Assembly: GCF_000144695.1 (NCBI RefSeq)
Contig: NC_014378.1
Coordinates: 376,781-408,780, forward strand
Direction: 5' to 3'
DNA length: 32,000 nt
Source of the DNA: Acetohalobium arabaticum DSM 5501
GTDB taxonomy: Bacteria; Bacillota; Halanaerobiia; Halobacteroidales; Acetohalobiaceae
Both the position numbers and the translations under genes were made by a program. The notes under the pieces were generated by a model. The model was given only the letters and a program-made list of their open reading frames with translations. It did not search any database and was not told the DNA's origin. Shown here in pieces: positions 31,465 through 32,000 of this stretch (positions are counted from its first letter, which is position 1; the number at the start of each line of letters is the position of its first letter).

Positions 31465-32000
31465 ATGTCTCTATTGGAGTTAAAGGAGGTTGAGAAGATT
31501 TATCGCCAGAGTAAGGTTGAGGTACCGGCTTTGCGTGGTGTGGATTTAACAATTGAAGAAGGCGGTTTTGTCTCAATTGCTGGACCTTCCGGGTCGGGAA
31601 AGACGACATTGCTAAATCTAGTCGGCTGTTTGGATACTCCTACTGAAGGCCAAATTACTTTTGGCGGCGAAGAGATTAGTCGATTGTCACAGGATGAGCT
31701 AGCAATGCTGAGGCGCCATAATTTCGGTTTTATCTTTCAGGATTTTAATCTAATTCCTGTCCTAACAGCTTATGAAAATGTTGAGTTTGCTCTTAAACTG
31801 ATTAACAATCAAGAACAGGCAAAAATTAACCAGCGGGTAATGGAAATTTTAACAGCAGTTGGACTAGGAGATTTAGCCGATAGACAGCCAAATGAATTAT
31901 CAGGTGGCCAAAAACAGCGGGTATCAATTGCCCGAGCATTAGTTAAAGAGCCTAAGCTGGTATTGGCTGATGAACCAACAGCTAATCTTGATTCAGAGAC
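31465..32000 (+). CDS. ABC transporter ATP-binding protein (MacB/LolD-like); the 3' end lies outside the window
   Basis: ATG 31465 after RBS GAGGAGGAG. It translates as MSLLELKEVEKIYRQSKVEVPALRGVDLTIEEGGFVSIAGPSGSGKTTLLNL...LSGGQKQRVSIARAL...LADEPT. The frame stays open to the window end, so it is absent from the track. Confidence 0.85.
   Translation, partial: MSLLELKEVEKIYRQSKVEVPALRGVDLTIEEGGFVSIAGPSGSGKTTLLNLVGCLDTPTEGQITFGGEEISRLSQDELAMLRRHNFGFIFQDFNLIPVLTAYENVEFALKLINNQEQAKINQRVMEILTAVGLGDLADRQPNELSGGQKQRVSIARALVKEPKLVLADEPTANLDSE

Overview
This is an AT-rich 32-kb chromosomal window from an anaerobic Firmicute-like genome. Split pylSn/pylSc, acidic proteins and gene content resemble Halanaerobiales such as Acetohalobium, but that taxonomic call is inference only. 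From left to right it holds:
- housekeeping genes: the 3' end of a CDF transporter, ytaF, coaE, mgsA and an SLT lytic transglycosylase;
- a selenium locus: yedF plus a selD whose real start lies upstream of the track ORF and which carries an in-frame TGA read as selenocysteine;
- an HTH/UTRA-like regulator;
- a tnpA-less IS200/IS605-type element with an atypical TnpB;
- a complete pyrrolysine module: pylT (tRNA-CUA), amber-containing mttB, mttC, pylSn, pylSc, pylB, an extra hydantoinase-family gene, pylC and pylD, followed by a convergent LysR regulator;
- tRNA-Leu(GAG);
- an nqrABCDEF operon whose NqrA keeps RnfC-like Fe-S motifs;
- a lipoprotein and an M48 peptidase;
- proS on the minus strand;
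- a ybgC-like thioesterase, mutM, an ABC-F ATPase and the start of another ABC ATPase.

The least explained signal is a non-coding, TIR-bounded, structured repeat family. It has two full copies (the yedF-selD spacer and the proS-ybgC spacer), one solo end downstream of selD, and a possible fragment next to the TnpB element. The two full copies show compensatory base-pair changes. I saw no CRISPR array, rRNA gene or recognisable defence system.
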